A DNA stretch of 64,000 nucleotides from Octopus sinensis. Taxonomy: Eukaryota. Every line of letters begins with the position of its first letter. Position 1 is the first letter of the stretch. The stretch covers positions 14,694,001-14,758,000 of the forward strand of contig NC_042999.1 of the NCBI RefSeq assembly GCF_006345805.1, in the 5' to 3' direction. Position numbers and translations under genes: made by a program. Shown in pieces: positions 61,948-64,000 of this stretch. The notes beneath the pieces are model-generated. The model saw only the letters and a list, made by a program, of their open reading frames with translations, searched no databases and was not told the DNA's origin.

Positions 61948-62385
61948 TTAAAGTTTTTTTGTTTTTTTTTTAATAATGTCTGTTTAGTTAAGAAGTTTGC
62001 TTCATAATCATGTGTTTTGGGTTCGGTCCCACTGCACAGCACCACCCTGGGCAAGTGCCTTTTGCTATAGTTCCAGGCCAAACTAAGCTTTGTGGATTTG
62101 GTAGATGGGAACAGAAAAAATCCATCATGTGTGAGCATGCATGAGGAGTGTGTTGAGAGACTGAAAATCTGTGAAAACATGTCCTCCTATTATGATGTTC
62201 ATGTTCAAAGAACTGGGAAATAATACCATATTTAGAAAACAGATGAGGGTTGGCAACAGGAAAAGCATCCAGGCATAGAAAATCTATCACTAACAATTTC
62301 ATTGAATACTGAATACATACAAGCATGGCAAAATGAACAGTAAGATGACAAGAACAATGATATTGGTTTAGTCTTATTTTGTCAG

Positions 62386-62411
62386 CGAGTAACAGCAGAC
62401 TTAATCTGAGA
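62386..62411 (+). CDS. Candidate 26-nt micro-exon containing TGA (RVTADLI*E)
   Basis: cttattttgtcAG acceptor, AGA|GTAAGT donor, followed by a 71-nt intron. Confidence 0.45.
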
Positions 62412-62482
62412 GTAAGTTTAATCTCAAATTCAGATATAACTCTACTGCACAAACAACGCTTCTTTCATATTTATTTCCCCAG

Positions 62483-62539
62483 GGAGGATAACTTTGAAGA
62501 ACAGTGGAAACAAGAACATGAGAAAGTAGTTTCTGGAAA
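62483..62539 (+). CDS. Candidate 57-nt exon (xEDNFEEQWKQEHEKVVSGx)
   Basis: Strong acceptor ttctttcatatttatttccccAG, AAA|GTTTGT donor; only the phase-2 frame is open. Confidence 0.55.
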
Positions 62540-63039
62540 GTTTGTTTTCTTTGCCATGTCAAAAGTATACTCTGTACTAGGGGTCAGCCAACAGATTAAA
62601 TCATTGACCCTTTTCATGGAATCTGTGATAAATTATACACCCTACTCTGTCAGACATGCTGACCAGCTTACTGCCATAATAATTCTATGTACTACTAAAG
62701 GCACAAAGCCTGGAATTTGGGGGAAATGGGGCCAGTTGATTTGATTGATGCCAGTATTTTTATTTTATATTTGTTTTATTAAACCTGAAAGGATGAAAAG
62801 CCAAGTGAGCCTCAATGAGATTTGAACTCCAAAGGTAAAACTGAAAGAAATGCTAGTTTGCCACTTCAATGCAAATAATAATAATCCTTTCAGCTGTTGG
62901 CACAAGGCCAGACATTTTGGGGAAGTGCGCTAATTGATTACATTGACCTCAGTATCTGACTGGTACTTTATTTCTTAATACACCAAAAGGATGAAAGGCA
63001 AAGTTGACACTGGTGGAATTTGAAATCAGAATGTTGAGC

Positions 63040-63436
63040 CCCATGCTAGTAGGGTGCTAAGAGCACCATCCGAGCGTGATCATTGCCAGAGCGGCCAACT
63101 GGCTTCCGTGCCGGTGGCACGTAAAAGGCACCATTCAAGCATGATCGTTACCAGCATCACCTTACTGGCACCTGTGCCGGTGGCATATGTAAAAAGATTC
63201 GAGCAAGGTCATTGCCAGTACTGCCTGACTGGCCCCCGTGTCAGTGGCACATAAAAGCACCCACTACACTCTCGGAGTGGTTGGCATTAGGAAGGGCATC
63301 CAGCTGTAGAAACTCTGCCAGATCAAGACTGGAGCCTGGTGCAGCTATCTGGTTCGCCAACCCTCAGTCAAATCGTCCAACCCATGCTAGCATGGAAAGC
63401 GGATGTTAAAAGATGATGATGATGATGATGATGATG
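63040..63436 (+). mobile_element. Family-C RTE 3' UTR with four modules
   Basis: Modules plus a long (GAT)n tail. Confidence 0.9.
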
Positions 63437-64000
63437 AATGTGAAGAAACAGAATAACATTTGTTTCTGATTTAGGCTCAAGACCGGCATTTTGATGGGAG
63501 GGTGTTAGTTGGTACTACTGACCCAAGTCCTTGAGCAGGTCTTTATTTTACTGACCATAATCATCATCATTTAAGATTCATCTTCCATGCTGGCATGGGT
63601 TGGACAGTCTGACAGGAACTGAAAAGCTGGAGAGCTGCACCAGACTGTTTTAATAAGGTTTCTAGGGTTTGATGCTCTTCCATATGCCAACCACTTTACA
63701 AAGTGTACTGAGTGCTTTTTACATGACACCAGCATGGGTGCCTTTTATGTGGCACCAGCCTCGAGGAAGGAAAGCCAAGGCTAACTTCACCAGGATATGA
63801 AATCAATAACATCATCATCATCGTTTAACATCCATTCTCCATGCTAGCATGGGTTGGACGGTTCGACCGGGGATCTGGGAAGCCAGAAGGCTGCACCAGG
63901 CTCCGGTCTTATCTGGCAATGTTTCTACAACTGGATGCCCTTCCTAATGCCAACCACTCCGTGAGTGTAGTGGGTGCTTTTTACGTGCCACCTGCACTGG

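Noticed and set aside
62386-62491. Ubiquitin-like C-terminus reading SNSRLNLR-GG*
   Set aside because: Only LRGG matches, the hydrophobic strand residues are missing, and no phase-1 upstream exon with a ubiquitin fold was found. Kept only as an alternative frame.

Overview
AT-rich, repeat-saturated animal genomic DNA, most likely an octopus (inferred from recognisable SINE, RTE and MITE families, not database-checked). Most of the window is interspersed repeats: three or four tRNA-headed SINE families, about 25-30 5'-truncated RTE LINE 3' ends with (GAT)n tails, fossils of R4/Dong-, HERO-, CR1- and Penelope-like retroelements, a decayed hAT transposase, piggyBac-like, hAT and mariner MITEs, Helentron-type non-autonomous elements and many microsatellites. 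Almost all ORF-track entries are spurious or LINE remnants. There is no CRISPR array, intact transposase, or intact rRNA or tRNA gene. The best host-gene signal is a set of short plus-strand exons (44277-44315, 61600-61693, 62386-62411, 62483-62539). Their splice phases join into one reading frame interrupted by a single in-frame TGA, which could be an editing or recoding site, a poison exon or a pseudogene lesion. Other leads are two Penelope-type minimal hammerhead motifs, a (TA)n-inserted element with split direct and inverted ends, a composite MITE dimer, and a CpG-retaining domain at about 25.7-40.5 kb. Family names come from recalled motifs and need confirmation by search.
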